This document shows positions 50,271 to 64,000 of a stretch of 64,000 nucleotides of DNA, in pieces; the first letter of the stretch is position 1; the number at the start of each line of letters is the position of its first letter. Below the pieces are notes generated by a model. The model searched no databases, was not told where the DNA came from, and worked only from the letters and a program-made list of their open reading frames with translations. This DNA is from Octopus bimaculoides. Lineage: Eukaryota. The DNA lies in contig NC_068982.1 in the NCBI RefSeq assembly GCF_001194135.2, positions 115,443,428 through 115,507,427 on the forward strand, in the 5' to 3' direction. Made by a program: the position numbers and the translations under genes.

Positions 50271-50790
50271 ATGTACAGAGTACAGGCTGCACGGATAACC
50301 AGCTATCAGAAGATCTGCCTGGGATTAAACTAGTAGTAACATGAGCAGCCACTTTGATGTGGTGAGTAACCTTACTGGTTAGTATAGTTACTCCTCTGAT
50401 CTCTTTTTGAGATTTTACAACTAGCTACTTCACTTGTTGCAAATCAGTGACCAATGGTTACTTTGTTTACAATATATTGCTAGCTGGAACAAACCCTGGC
50501 TATCTCTCTGGTGACCAGGTACTTGTGACAGAAGATGAGCCAACCAGCTCAAAACTGAGTCAGTTTCGCGATCTCCTTGTCTGCTAGAAGATGGTAGAGG
50601 CTCACTTCCCTGCTAGCAATATATATGTACAGGGTGCAGGCTGCACCAATAACCAGCTGGTGGAGGATCTTCCCGGGGTTAAACTAGTAGTAACATGGAA
50701 CAACCACTTTGATATGGTGATTAGCTTTACTGGCTAGTATAGTTACTACTCTGATCTCTTCATGAGATTTTACTACTAGCTACTTTGCTT
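50271..50790 (+). repeat. ~165-bp direct repeat pair
   Basis: 50271-50435 and 50625-50790, roughly 80% identical by eye, both starting ATGTACAG(A/G)GT. Confidence 0.75.
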
Positions 50791-50793
50791 ATA

Positions 50794-51651
50794 CAGGGTG
50801 TTCCAGAAGTCACTGATGAGTTTCAATTTTTAATAACTTCCTTAACTTTACAAATAAATACATGGAATTTTGATACAATATAAAGGACATAATGGAAATT
50901 AATATGCATAAGTCAAATTTTGCAACATCGCTACATCACATATGAAAAATGACGTCGCTTAAATGGCAGCCATTTTCGGGTTTGCATGCCTGTGCTCTTT
51001 CCAAAACTTGCACCATAATACCTTCAAGAGTTTCAGACCCCACTTCTCTGATTTCTCTATTGATGTTCTCCTTCAGTTGCACCAGGGTCTCCAGTTTGTT
51101 GATATAAACCCTCTCTTTCAGGTATCCCCATAAGAAAAAATCCAGGCTAGTCACATCTAGGGAACATGAAGGTTCCAGCAAGATGGGGCAACTGCTTATA
51201 CTGCAAGAGAAACAATGCAGTTGATATGGCAGTGCTTTGGAGAGAGAATAATCTCCTGCTATGGCAATGTCAACTGGCCTTCATGTTCCCCAGATGTGAC
51301 TAGCCTGGATTTTTTCTTGTGGGAATACCTGAAAGAGAGGGTTTACATCAACAAACTGGAGACCCTGGTGCAACTGAAAGAGAACATCAATAGAGAAATC
51401 AGAGAAGTGGGGTCTGAAACTCTTGAGGGTATTATGGTGCAAGTTTTTGAAAGAGCACAGGTATATGAAGCCGAAAATGGTTGTCTTTTAAGCGATGTCT
51501 TTTTTCAAATGTGATGTAGTGGTGTTGCAAAATTTGACTCATGCATATTAATTTCCACTATTTTCTTTATATTGTATCAAAATTTCATGCATTTATTTGT
51601 ATAGTTAAGGAAGTTATTAAAAATTGAAACCCATCAGTGACTTTTGGGACA

Positions 51652-51656
<5 letters not shown>
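50794..51656. mobile_element. Palindromic derivative of a DD41D (rosa/Visitor) Tc1/mariner transposon
   Basis: 379-bp arms (50794-51172 / 51278-51656) around a 105-bp spacer; FQQDG...WPSCSPDVTSLDFFLW with 41 residues between the 2nd and 3rd D; TA flanks. Confidence 0.85.
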
Positions 51657-51697
<41 letters not shown>

Positions 51698-53272
51698 TCA
51701 TAATTTAACTTCCACTTTTCCATGCATGTATGGGTTAGACAGAGTTTCTTAAGGCAGATTTTCTATGGCTGGATGTCTTTCCTATAACTATCCTTTACTT
51801 GTATCCAAGCAACGTAACATTTTCCCCATTTCTAGACATGCTTTTTATGGAATACTGGAAACTAACAGCCTTGCTTGTATGATGATGATGATGATGCTCA
51901 TTGACAAGCATTTAATGATGTCTTGACAAAAATACACATAAACACATACACACAAACACACATGCACACACACATACATACAGTCCCGGTTTATACCTGT
52001 AATTATTGGGGCACTGGGATATGTAACACGCTGCCTAAATACCAATCTTGAGAAATTAGGCTTCTCAAAACCAGAAAGGAGAAAGTTGATTCAAAGACTA
52101 CAGACCCAAGCTATCACTGGAACTGTAAAAATCTGTAAAACTTTCCAGAAGTTTATCATTTAAATATATATGAGAGCCTGTCTAGATATGCAAGCATATG
52201 TATGAGAAAACATACATAAAACAAAACATACAAATCTGCACATATACATAGATACCTACAAAAATACCCTGTTGATGCACATATGCATCATTTGTGCAGA
52301 TATACGTACCTACAAAAATATCCTGTTGATGTATATATATATACATACATACATATATGTGCAGATATACATCTGCACATATATGTAGAGGTGGTTTCAG
52401 GTTCAGTCCTTCTGTGTGACATTTTGGACAAATGTCTTTTATTATGGCCCTGGGCAGACCACTACCACTATTTCTATTAGTAATGTAACACTACCATACT
52501 ACTGCTACTAACATAAATACCTCCACAACCATTACTGTCTTTAGTGCTACCACTACAACTACATCACTATCTGATAATGAAGGAAATCTATGAACCAGCT
52601 AGAAATAACAGTCAAAGTCTCAGATATTTAAAAAAAAAAAAGATGGCTCAGACAAGGCTGGCGTTTCTTCGATTAAAGGTGCATCCAATCAGTGCTGACC
52701 TTGGGCTAAACAACATCAGCGACATCAACGACCACAACAACATACAGTAACAAGTTGTTAAAACCAGAATCTCTATTTCTGGAACATTTCCTAGCTCTGC
52801 CGTATTTCATTGTCATCCTGCTATATTTCCCTACAACTCTCTTCGCCATTTCAGACACCTCCTCCTGAAAATTTCTGCCTTATTCTTCTACCATCATGCA
52901 TCATTTCCCACTGTCACCCTGCATGCTATCCACTGCTTTCTTTCACCATTATCATTCTGCTTTTATTCCACAACTGCCACCATGCATCATTTCACAAACA
53001 TTCTATCCTAATCCTCTACCACTACCCTGATTCATTTCACCCCCAACTTGTATTATTTCCCCCACAACTACCACTACCTGAATTCTTATGGTATTTGTAA
53101 TGCAGATTATTTCCATACTGGAATCCTTTGGGTGATAGAGACACCCATTTAACTTACTTCAGCATATAAAATTCCTTGGTATTTCACTTATAACTACCAA
53201 AACATTATTTTTATGGAAATAATAATTTCAAATATTTATCGTCTGTCAGTGTCTGTGTATATGCTGTAACTT

Positions 53273-53303
<31 letters not shown>

Positions 53304-54944
53304 TTATGTATATATATGTATGTATGTATGTATAAACACATGCCTCTACAAAACACACCCACTCATATAATTTACAAAAATGTGTGTATTATATATTTGA
53401 ATGTATATGTGTGTGAGTATATGTATGTGTATGTTTCTACATGTGTGTGTATGTGTATGTTTCTACATGTGTGTGTATGTGTATGCATATGTATGTATTT
53501 AAATATGTTTAGTAAAATACTTCTTTTTCTTCCTCTCCTACCACTCCATTCATATCATGCGATAAATATCTTTCAAATTAATTTATCTGACACACCCTTG
53601 ATGATAATTTGAAACTCTACTATGCTGACAAATTCCTCTCAGTTTTTAATAAAATACTTCTCCAGACACATCAAGTCATGATAATAACTTCAGAGTAGAA
53701 CATTGGATTGTTAATTTCTGCAGGGCTTTTGGAATTTCTACAGGGTTTAGGACAACCTGGAGAATTTTCCATCAACCCACTCAGTCCAGACAAATATAGA
53801 GAAAAAAAATATCCACACAACAGCATCAGTAAGTACTGGGATGTACACCACCATCAGTTATCTATGCAGAGAAACAGTAACTGTTGTATTCTTACACTGT
53901 CCAAATTGCCTGTTTCAACAATGACCACCACTACACTAGCAACCGCCACAGTGACTAGAATCTATTGGCAAATAGACAAGTCCACAGAGGAGTCTTTATG
54001 CAGTCATTTAATTTGTTAGAAATAGCAGCCAAATATCTCTCAAACCACATTCCCTCACCTTAATATTGCAAAGGATACATTAGGTTTTGTAGCCCTTCAT
54101 ATCCACAAAGACAGGATGGTCATGACTGCAAGGCTTCTGATCATAGGTCCTCTTGATCAGGGTTGACCCAGGGGTTAAACAAGAACAGTAGATGTACAGA
54201 AATGGACTGGATAGTGGAGAAATACACATCCACACTGCAACACTGTACTTCATGCAATTAACAATTGCATGTCAGAACATGGTCTTTAGCTCTCAGATTC
54301 TCAGCATGCACTGAGGATAATCAGACCTAGTTATTTGGCAGACCACCTACATGACATGGGTCAACTTGATCAGAGCTAACCTAGGGGTTATTCGACAACA
54401 GCAGCAGCAGCAATGACAGTAATAACAACAATAACAAAAGAAATAGAGTATATGTCTAGACTGTCACAGTGTAACACAAAATTAGCCACACCAAAGTGGT
54501 TAAATTATAGGGTGATTTTCAGCAGTATGATCCCCAGGCAAGCAGAGTTATAGTATATATGAAAAAACAGATCTGTAGACCTTACTTAATTATTCAGTTG
54601 ACTAAGAATATGCTGTATGTTTTTCCTAATGAGTGTTGACCTAAGGTTGTAAAACAACAACAGTAGATGAAGTCAAATACAGACAATGAGTGGACTATAC
54701 TGTTTCTGTGTTTGAGGCAGTGAGCTCTCAATGGTCCAGTTCATGTGACTGTAAATAGGTACTACATAGCAGTATAGTCTCTCTTTTTGTACTCCCTTTC
54801 CTTGTCTCACTTTCTCTTTACTGTCCATGACAATACAGCACAACAGATGAATGCAGCTGCTCAGTCACTCTGTATGAGTCACCAGTTAAGATGACACTTG
54901 CTAGAAAAATGTCTGGGGCAAAGTGATATCTAATCAGAGAGTGG

Positions 54945-56270
<1,326 letters not shown>

Positions 56271-56559
56271 CCAAGAGCTTCTATACAGTTCCTGTTTATC
56301 AGTTTCAGTTACAAAAAATTGGTTGGCTGAGGCTGCAGCAGAAGATACTTTCCCAAAATGTTGCACTGTAAGCTAGAACTTGAAACTACATAGTAACAAT
56401 TTTAAGTTCTGTATTCACATAGCATGTGAATGTTCATTAAGCCATACTAATAAAAGAAAAAGTCGTCTGTTTTAGCCAGTTGTCTGTGTTAATCAATGGA
56501 TAAATACCTCTTGCCTCAAATCCTTCAAAATCGTATTCTTCTTACAAATTATACAAAAG

Positions 56560-56930
56560 TTATTTTTCAAGTATTTTTTTGAGTGGTAGTCTTTGGTACC
56601 TTCAGACATGAGATTGTAGTTCTTGATGTTATTATGTATTTTTAGTCCTGTGTCTCTTCCCTAAGATCATGCTCTTCTATTGCACTGAGAACTTCATCTA
56701 AATATTTTCATTGGTATAATCTGTAGCAAGTTACATTGATCCATTGGCTGCATCATTAGCAAACTGTTGAATCACAGTTTCTTGGAATGGTAATAACGCA
56801 CTGGTAGTTAGTATATTAAGTCTTTCAAGAACCTGCAAATTTGTGGACTGTCCCAGCACCATAAACCTTAAAAAGAGGCTGTCATCTGTATTCATGCAAT
56901 ACAGCACCATCAAAAATTCCTTACATAATT
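56560..56930 (-). mobile_element. Possible DNA-transposase relic (NDAAERG-type C-terminus)
   Basis: VIQQFANDAANGSM*LATDYTN..DEVLSAIEEH resembles, from memory, the VVNDxAERGxxL...QVVExHR end of CC8K15.2-like invertebrate transposases. Confidence 0.35.
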
Positions 56931-57950
56931 TACAATAGCTGCAGAGGCTTCATTCTTAAAAGTTTGTTTGTTCTGGATTAGTAACAACCAATTGAACCTA
57001 GTTTCATTTATAATGGAATTGAAGGTTTAGATACCTGTGGAGTATCTCCTTCTCCCATTATAATTGTTTTGTAGTTTCAAGGAGCTGGAATGGGTCACCG
57101 ATTTGTGATGTCTGTGCAAAGGGAGGTGATGAGAGTGGCTCCTTAGTACATTACACAGTCGATACAATAAATATAAATAGAATAATGCATATATGTGCCA
57201 GAAGGAAGTAAGAGACACAACCGGATAGAATGTTTAAGAGAAGATTTATTGATATGTTAACATGAGTGATTGTGTGTGTGTCATATATACAGAATAATAG
57301 ACAGGTCATCATAAGAATAAGATGTATGCGTGTGTATGTAGGCATAGATGTATGCACGTTAAGAACATACAAAGATGGCGATGAAGAANNNNNNNNNNTA
57401 TGTAGGCATAGATGTATGCACGTTAAGAACATACAAAGATGGCGATGAAGAAGAGACAGTGAAAGAGTCTATAGCCATCGAAGTAAGGAGTAAGTTCATA
57501 GATAGACACAAGAATGATAAACACCAGTTCGTAGTCAATTGTACACGATAGTTGAAATACTGTATCAAGAAGTTGTGGTGATGATGCAGAGCCGGTTGCG
57601 GTACATGTTGTACGTGAAGTTGTGGCTGGGATGCTGCTGCCTGGGTCACTTGGTACAGGAGTTTTCGCAGGTTGTATAGTCACTGTTGATCCATGGTGAA
57701 GTAGTTCACAAACAGTGCAGTGTTGTAACCTGGGTGAGTTGCGTGTTGAATTGTGTATGTAGAGAGATGTTGACATTAGGACGAATGGTGGCGTCAGAGA
57801 TGGAGGTGGCCGAATGCTGTTGGACGAAGTTGATGAATCTCCATGTGGCTGCTGTTGTGTTGTTGCTGGAACTGGCGGTGTCTTGTGTGGTCAGTGGCCA
57901 AACCTTAAAAGGTCAGGAACCAAAAACATCAAGACAAGGAAAAGTTAGGT

Positions 57951-58079
57951 TTTTTATAAGGAGTTGTAGGCTCAGCTGAGGTAGAAAAACAGGCTGTCAC
58001 ACGTGACCTTATTTGAAGGCTGCGATTGGTTGGGTTGCATATTGGCGCATGATAGAGCAAGAGACAAATTGCGCCAATA
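57951..58079 (-). promoter_or_regulatory. Candidate Pol II promoter (3 CCAAT, E2F-like pair, E-box, TATA)
   Basis: CCAAT at 58025-29, 58041-45 and 58074-78; TTGGCGC inverted pair; CACGTG 58000-05; TATAAAAA 57958-57951 on the minus strand. Confidence 0.4.
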
Positions 58080-60346
58080 CCAAATCAGAAAATAACTTAA
58101 TATTACTAGAAAGAAGCAGGCAAAGGAGGTGGGTGAATGATTGTGGACCTTGTTATAGAATCTCTCTAGTGTTAGCATCATAATTTACACAATCTCCTCT
58201 TAGGCACTGTAAAGCAACATCTCTAGTGTTGCTACTACAATATATATACACTCAGTCTACTCTGCTATGATTTGATCCTATGAAGGATACTCTCTTGTAA
58301 AATCTCTACCAATGAATTATGAAGGACAAATTTGTAACCTTGATTGTTATATAATCTCTTGAAAACTGTGATGTTATATGGCTTTGAAATACAGGCCCTG
58401 GAAGTGGAAGATCTGTAGCAATAGCAACATATGTAAGGTGTGTGACACTATGTGGTAATGAGGCAAGGGTTGTAAATGTGGGAGACCTGTGAAGGTAGAC
58501 TTTATATGAAACACGTAGAAGAAGTATAATGGGGAATAGTAGTGAGACATAAGTACTGAATATGGAAGATCTGTGGAAACTGGAGAGAAATGAGTTGATT
58601 CTTATGTTTTTGGATGTGCATATGAGAAGCAGAGCATAAGTGACTTATTGGGCATTAAAGTCATTGGATGATGTGTATAGGGTATGTGATTGTGGTGTTA
58701 TGGACATATGAATGAACAATAAGTGGACAAAAAGTTCCATATTCTGTCCATTTACTTTTTTTACTTCATAAATTATATAACATTTGGTTCCCTTGCTGTT
58801 CATCTTCTTTGTTCATTTTTACTTTGTAAAATGAATAACATCATTAAATTGTTTTCCTAGTGATAACTATATGTATGAGATTTTAGAGCTTGTTTCCTAT
58901 AGTTTCCATATCAAAGATAATAGCATGATATTGAGGAACATCTACAATAATAATAAGGTAGATGTTTCCTCTGGAGCTTGAGGTCCCTTTTATGTTGTTG
59001 TTTTTGTTAATGTATGAGTTGTCTGCAATAAACACTATGACAGTATCTGGTAACTGAAGCTCTTTATTATGTGTTGTATTATCACATACAATAGTTATAT
59101 TACTGAATAGAGAAAAGTGTCAGAAAGTTTTGCAACCTTTATGTAACAATTTCTAGCGAATGCTGTTATGTTCAGCTTGTTTGACAAGCCTGTAATGATA
59201 GTATGGCTGCATTCTAGAAAAGGAAAGTTTCAATTTCTTTTTATAAACTGTAGTTTCATTTATAATACATAACAGTGGCTGCTTGTTAAAAGAGTTGACA
59301 CTTCCAGTTTGTTATATATTCCATTAAATACAACAAGGTTACTTAATTTTTTAAAGACAGGGAAAGGTTTACTAAATTATTTCAAAAATTTAGTTTCAAA
59401 ATCTGTATTTAACAAGTCACATTGCTAGGTTATTAAATCATTTCCAATTAATTTTTTTTTATTTCTTAGAGATTTAATGTTTACTTGCTTGTAAACCAGA
59501 CAATTGCTATAACAGAAGGTTCAGTGAATTAATTATATTTTGGTTTTATGTTGTTTACCATATTTGAGAAGTTATGAGTGGTTTTGTTGTAGGAGACTAA
59601 TCATAGGAAATAAACTGTGGGTGGGAGTTAGAAACCTTAAGTGCCTCGAGTGTAGTCAGCAGTTGAGGAGAATTGTTAAAAATGAGAACTTGAAGGAGCA
59701 ATCAAAAATAGCAACTGTTAGTAAAAATTTGTTTTTATGTAAGGGCCAGATGGTTGTTATAATACTTTTTCTTACTGCTGGAATTGTTCTTGGTGTTAGT
59801 GCTGTAGTTACTACTGCTACTGCAACTTCTGTATTTTCTTGTTACTGTTACAACTACTGGTTACTATTGTTGCTGCTTTTGTTGTTATTGTTGTTGTTGT
59901 AACTACTTCTGCTGTTGTAACTACTTCTACTGTTATTGTTGTTGTTGCAACTGGTGTTAGTGCTGATGCTTTTGATGCAGCTGCTGTTAATATTGTTGCC
60001 GCTGCATCTGCTGTTTGTTGCACCAAAATATTTTCCATTTGCTCTGAAGTGCACTGTGACTAAAAAGTTTGGTAAACAACTTCTCTCAGTTGTCATTTGG
60101 CCTGCAATAAATAGATGGATAATAGCGAATCTTGTGGGCTTCTACCAAGTCAGCTGCTAGACATCAAAACTTTAATGTGTCAATGCCGACAGAAGTAAAA
60201 CATTGAAGATATGGTGACTGATGGAGAATAGTTGTCTGATTGCATGTCTCTGGACAGCTTCCAATAAATTAATATTCTAGACAAGATGGTGGGGGTCCAG
60301 ATTGAAGATGTTGACTGTAGGTGTAGATGTACCATAGCCATATATA

Positions 60347-60563
60347 TGAATGGGTGCTGGAAAGTTCCTGGCTTTAAGGGTATCACGAAAGGCTTGGTTA
60401 GAGGCTTAACCTTCTGACTTCTTTTACAGGGCTTAGAAAAACTGAAGGACCACTGCAATAAGTGTGTGAATCTGAGAGGGAAATATGTTGGGTAAAATCA
60501 TAATCAACTGATCCTCCTGTATTTCCCTTTACCCAAAGCCAAGAACTTTTCAGCACCCCCTCA
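60347..60563 (+). mobile_element. mariner-derived MITE
   Basis: TIRs TGAATGGGTGCTGGAAAGTTCCTGGCTTT / AAAGCCAAGAACTTTTCAGCACCCCCTCA; transposase 3' end inside; sister copy at 4736-4940. Confidence 0.8.
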
Positions 60564-61160
60564 TGTTGCTAAATCATATCTACTGTCTTAAGAAATAGGA
60601 AGGACATATTGGATAATGTAGCCGTAAGTATATTTCCTGAATTAATGAATGCATATCTTCAGCTAGATTAGCACTAATCTAAAGTGAAACAACAACAACC
60701 TCAAAACACCTCTACCACTACACCGCTCTTCATTATGATTACATGTCACAACTGCCAACACTCAACAACACCAGTATCAACAACTACCATAACAACTGTT
60801 TCCATCTTCAAAAACCAACACCTCCATAATTCCCCCACCTCTTCCACCACCATCATCACCACTACTACAGCTTTACCATCACCTAAGTGGTTAAGCTACT
60901 ATTATTAATGGTACTCCTTGAGTGGAAAGTCTCAGAGGAAACACTCAAATGGAATACTCAACTAATTAGTGTAGTCTGTGAGTGTTTGTTTCCTGTTGCA
61001 GAGACTGTAGCATTATTTAGACAACAGGTTATTTCTCCCCTCCATCCACACATCTCTCTCTCTCCTTGTTTTTCTATTCACTTTCTGTATGTTGGTTTAT
61101 CTCTTTATCTCTCTTGCTCTCACCCCTTTCTTGTCTTCTGTGTGTGTGTGTGTGTGTGTA

Positions 61161-61479
61161 TGTTGAGTCAAGTGATGTCACTGTCGTGGCCGATGCCAGT
61201 ACTGCCTGGCTGGCACCCATGCCGGTGGCACGTAAAAAGCACCATTTCAGCATAGTTGATGCCCGTGCTGCCTGACTAGCCCTCATCCCAGTGGCATGTA
61301 AAAAGCACCCACTACACTCTCAAAGTGGTTGGCATTAGGGTGGGGATCCAGTTGTAGAAACTTTATCAGGACAGATTGGAGCCTGGTGCAGCCTTCTGGC
61401 TTGCCAGCCCTCAGTCAAACCATTGAACCCATGCCAGCATGGAAAGCAGACGTTAAATGATGACGGCGACGATGATGAT
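61161..61479 (+). mobile_element. RTE 3' UTR copy
   Basis: Two tandem units, terminal module and a GAT-like tail. Confidence 0.8.
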
Positions 61480-61549
61480 ATATATATACTCACACGTACA
61501 CGCACATGTGCATGCAAATTCACATGCATGCACATACACACACACAAAC

Positions 61550-62300
61550 TTTTGACACCCTAGTCAAAAGTTTGAATTCACTGATAAAGTTAAAGTTTTA
61601 TACCTTAGCTGATGATATAAGTTAAAAACAAGGAATGGTCTTATAATAAAGTAAGTAGATAACCATTCTGGAGAACAATTTATAAAAGTATTAATATTAA
61701 TGCTATAGTGTTCAATACTTTGTATGCCACCCCTATGTAGCCAGGTATGCTCTTGATCACATTCTCACATTAACCCTTTTATTACTTGTTTCCAAAGCAG
61801 CAGTACCTTTTCTTTTAAATCTTGAAATTGATCAAGTATTACATGTAACAATTTTCTTTTTGATATGATATCATGCCATTTCTAAAGGGATCAGATTAGG
61901 AGATGGTCCTGGTTCATTTATCCAATAGAATAACGTTATTAGTACTAATGCTCTTTCATATATTTTGAAGAATAGCAGGGTGCATCATCCTGTTGGAATA
62001 CAGTATAGCTATGGCTGATCGTATGAGTAGGAAACGTCTTCAGAATAGCTAGATAAGTTTTATAATTTGTGGTTTTATCTTGAGGCATTATATCATATTA
62101 TATTATAATTATATTATATTAAAATTATATCATATTATATTATAATTATATTATATTATAATTTATGGTTTTATCTTGAGGCATTATCCTGAAAACTGCT
62201 TCATGAATATTTTGTTACTAAATGTGATTTTAAGCTAATCATCCTTAGTCCAATTATTATGATCCCACCATGCAGAATTGCAGACAATCCTAATTGTTTT
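61550..62300 (-). mobile_element. Tc1-type transposase relic
   Basis: VFQQDDAPCYSSK and PGPSPNLIPLE on the minus strand (FQQDGAPCH..PDLNPIE motifs); TIR-like ACACCCTAGTCAAAAGTTTG near 61556. Confidence 0.55.
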
Positions 62301-64000
62301 TCTGTTTTCCTTTGTTGAATTCATACAATAAAATTGCTTGAATTTAATGTTTTTAGTGTACATTGTTTACATGTCGTTGAATCTATGTTTTGTTTATAGA
62401 TAAAACACTTTATCCAATCTACCTTGCTGTTTTTAGGTACCATAGTGTGTGTTTTAGATCAATGGACTGCATTGATAAGCAAGTCACTTGATTGTCAATA
62501 GTACAGTTCGTCTAACTGTTTTTAAGTACCACAATGTGTTATAGATCACTGGATTGTCTTAGTACTATCAACAATTGTCAACAGTACAATCAACCTAATA
62601 ATAAGTAGGTACCACAAGGTGATATGATATAGTTCATTGTACTGTGTTTATGATCAAGACATTTCTCTGTCCACCTAGCTGTAAATGTGTACTCTAGTAT
62701 AGTATAAAGCTTACTGTGCTGTGTCAGTAACCAAGGCACTTAAATAGTCCAATTCACCCAATTTTAGATAGGTACAATGATGTAGTATAGTTAACTGTAC
62801 TGTGTCTATTATCAAGAAACTCAAGTGTTAATAGTCTAGTCCAACTAACTGTAGTGAGATATAGTTCATTTTTATAAATAGAAGTCACGATATCAACAAG
62901 TGTTTAACTGACTTGCAATGCAACATTCAAAGCCAGTATCACTCAGAAAGATGTATTTGTGTCTCACATGTTCTCATTGAAAATACTCTTGTGTACCATG
63001 ACCCCTGATCATGAAAATTTATGTCAATTCCAGTTTTGGGTAGAGGATCAATGACTCGTGTCAGTACATGCCAATGTTTGTGTACCTAACCTACTAATAC
63101 AGCAACAGCAAATTACTTTTTACTAATCATATAAAACCACATGTCTACAGGTTAACAATAACAACAACAATAGCAACAGCAGCAATAACAACAACAGTAG
63201 CAGCTGCAATAATAATAATGATGACAACTGCAGCACAACAATCCTGACTATCAGTGAGGATATCTTATCATGAATGCACATCTTCAGTGTAGTAAAGACT
63301 GTATCTCAGAAACTGACCCTTCTCTTCAGAGCCAGAAAATACTTCAGCTCAAAATAGTCACCAACTCAGTACTAAGCTCAAGTGAAATTCCCAATGATGT
63401 ATTTCTCTTTCACCTGGGATGGTGCTACTGTCATGCACACAGACATTCCCGATTGCATTTAGAGAAAGGCCATTTAACTGATTGGCATAAACATAAATTT
63501 ACTCACAAAAACACACTACCACTTTTGGTCCATGGACATGCAGTCTCTTCTCTGTGCATTTCTACTGCTTCTGCAGTAGCCTCTGCTCTTTCTGAATATG
63601 TGGATGGTCATAAGAGTGGCACCCACCATGAAAAGATGAATAGGAGGTGCCTCTGATGATAGGGATATGTGAGGCACAGAGATGAGCAGCTGGTGGCAAA
63701 GACAACCTTAAGAATCAGCTCAAATGGACAACAACAATGCAAACAAGATAACAATGGATAGACCAATTAAGAGAGATATGCAACAGGCCAACATTATTCC
63801 AGGCGAAGGGCATACAAGAAATTGGACCTCATTTGGCAACTCAAAAATACTTGATAGTATGAATAAATAATTTACGAATGTACTGATATGCAAATGAGCA
63901 AAATCAACACCTATTAAAGAATTTTAAGAAATATTTCTAAGCTGCTTCCTCTGTCATTAAGAGGAATAGAAGTAGGCACACTTGATAATGAGACATCAAT

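Noticed and set aside
57330-57452. Tandem duplications either side of 10-N gaps (also about 25270-25360)
   Set aside because: Typical unmerged contig overlap, so an assembly artefact.
57423-57776. 117-aa minus-strand ORF with CxxC
   Set aside because: No recognisable domain; composition is explained by CA-rich sequence. Kept only within the promoter finding.
59760-60100. A/T/V-rich ORFs on both strands (also 60684-60908)
   Set aside because: Decayed (CAA/CAG/CTA)n trinucleotide repeats without splice or codon support.

Overview
AT-rich, repeat-dominated metazoan genomic DNA with eight N gaps. The repeat families (RTE LINEs ending in (GAT)n, tRNA-derived SINEs, dense microsatellites) look like those of an octopod cephalopod; this species assignment is inference. 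One host gene is supportable: a two-exon TREX1/TREX2-like DEDDh 3'-5' exonuclease on the minus strand (321 aa, catalytic D-E-D-H-D intact). Everything else recognisable is mobile DNA: RTE, CR1/Jockey-like, I-like and R4/Dong LINE relics, SINEs, Tc1/mariner and hAT derivatives, and a decayed Penelope-like element (PLE) with pseudo-LTRs. The most interesting signal is a set of type I hammerhead-ribozyme folds of unrelated sequence. Two are near-intact (632-704 +; 24449-24558 -, 879 nt upstream of the TREX start codon and in sense with it), two are relics in the PLE pseudo-LTRs, and three are weaker. The four best share GUA (or decayed AUA) cleavage sites, long stem II and self-complementary stem III, and a CCGANGA (U4C) core recurs. 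All folds, alignments and translations were done by eye; repeat boundaries are approximate unless a TIR or TSD is given.
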